Assembly (NCBI RefSeq): GCF_947568905.1
Contig: NC_079166.1
Span: 17,298,001-17,362,000 of the forward strand
Direction: 5' to 3'
DNA length: 64,000 bases
Source: Ostrea edulis
Lineage: Eukaryota
Both the position numbers and the translations under genes were made by a program. How positions within the stretch are numbered: the stretch's first letter is position 1; every line of letters starts with the position of its first letter. Below, in pieces: positions 63,973 through 64,000 of the stretch. The notes beneath the pieces were generated by a model that was not told the DNA's origin, did not search any database, and worked only from the letters and a program-made list of their open reading frames with translations.

Positions 63973-64000
63973 TTCCAATCTGGGTCATGTTTGTTTCTCT

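Noticed and set aside
61722-63988. Long ORFs of 204-388 aa (VICHLVG, LHPLSDR and SGCNLLL heptads)
   Set aside because: They arise because the 21-bp unit is a multiple of 3 and stop-free in several frames on both strands. The array is intronic and has no splice or start context.
59124-64000. Further IFT88 exons
   Set aside because: No segment encoding the expected next peptide (DRYN/ALxNKGN region) was found. The acceptor-like site at ~61684 hits a stop after 10 codons.

Overview
Eukaryotic, AT-rich, intron-rich DNA from a bivalve mollusc, most likely an oyster. The taxon is inferred from the Helentron-type (HINE) elements carrying ~166-bp satellite monomers and the Deu/Nin-like SINE. Five genes were reconstructed by hand with frame-consistent splice sites. 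(1) A 6-exon BIR-UBA-RING inhibitor of apoptosis (+, 2423-5761, 449 aa). (2) A 7-exon DED-DED-caspase, caspase-8-like with QACQG (+, 10647-25431, 492 aa). (3) A 6-exon cytosolic-family sulfotransferase with an atypical Arg-rich, transmembrane N-terminus (-, 44557-38219, 404 aa). (4) A single-coding-exon F-box protein (-, 50671-49337, 444 aa). (5) The first 13 coding exons of IFT88 (+, from 51721), head-to-head with the F-box gene and continuing past the window. A weaker candidate EEP-fold gene or pseudogene lies at about 29850-35230 (-). The rest is TE-derived (MITEs, foldback elements, HINEs, SINEs, Penelope-like and hAT remnants) plus many minisatellites and one 203-N gap. Best leads: an intact minimal type I hammerhead ribozyme at 27038-27081; a sulfotransferase that looks mitochondrially imported and membrane-anchored; a caspase-8-like protein with the DED2 FL patch replaced by ES and a C-terminal IETEV PDZ-type tail; and a minisatellite made of ~65 copies of a real 3' splice site. 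All assignments come from manual motif reading; no database search or folding program was run.
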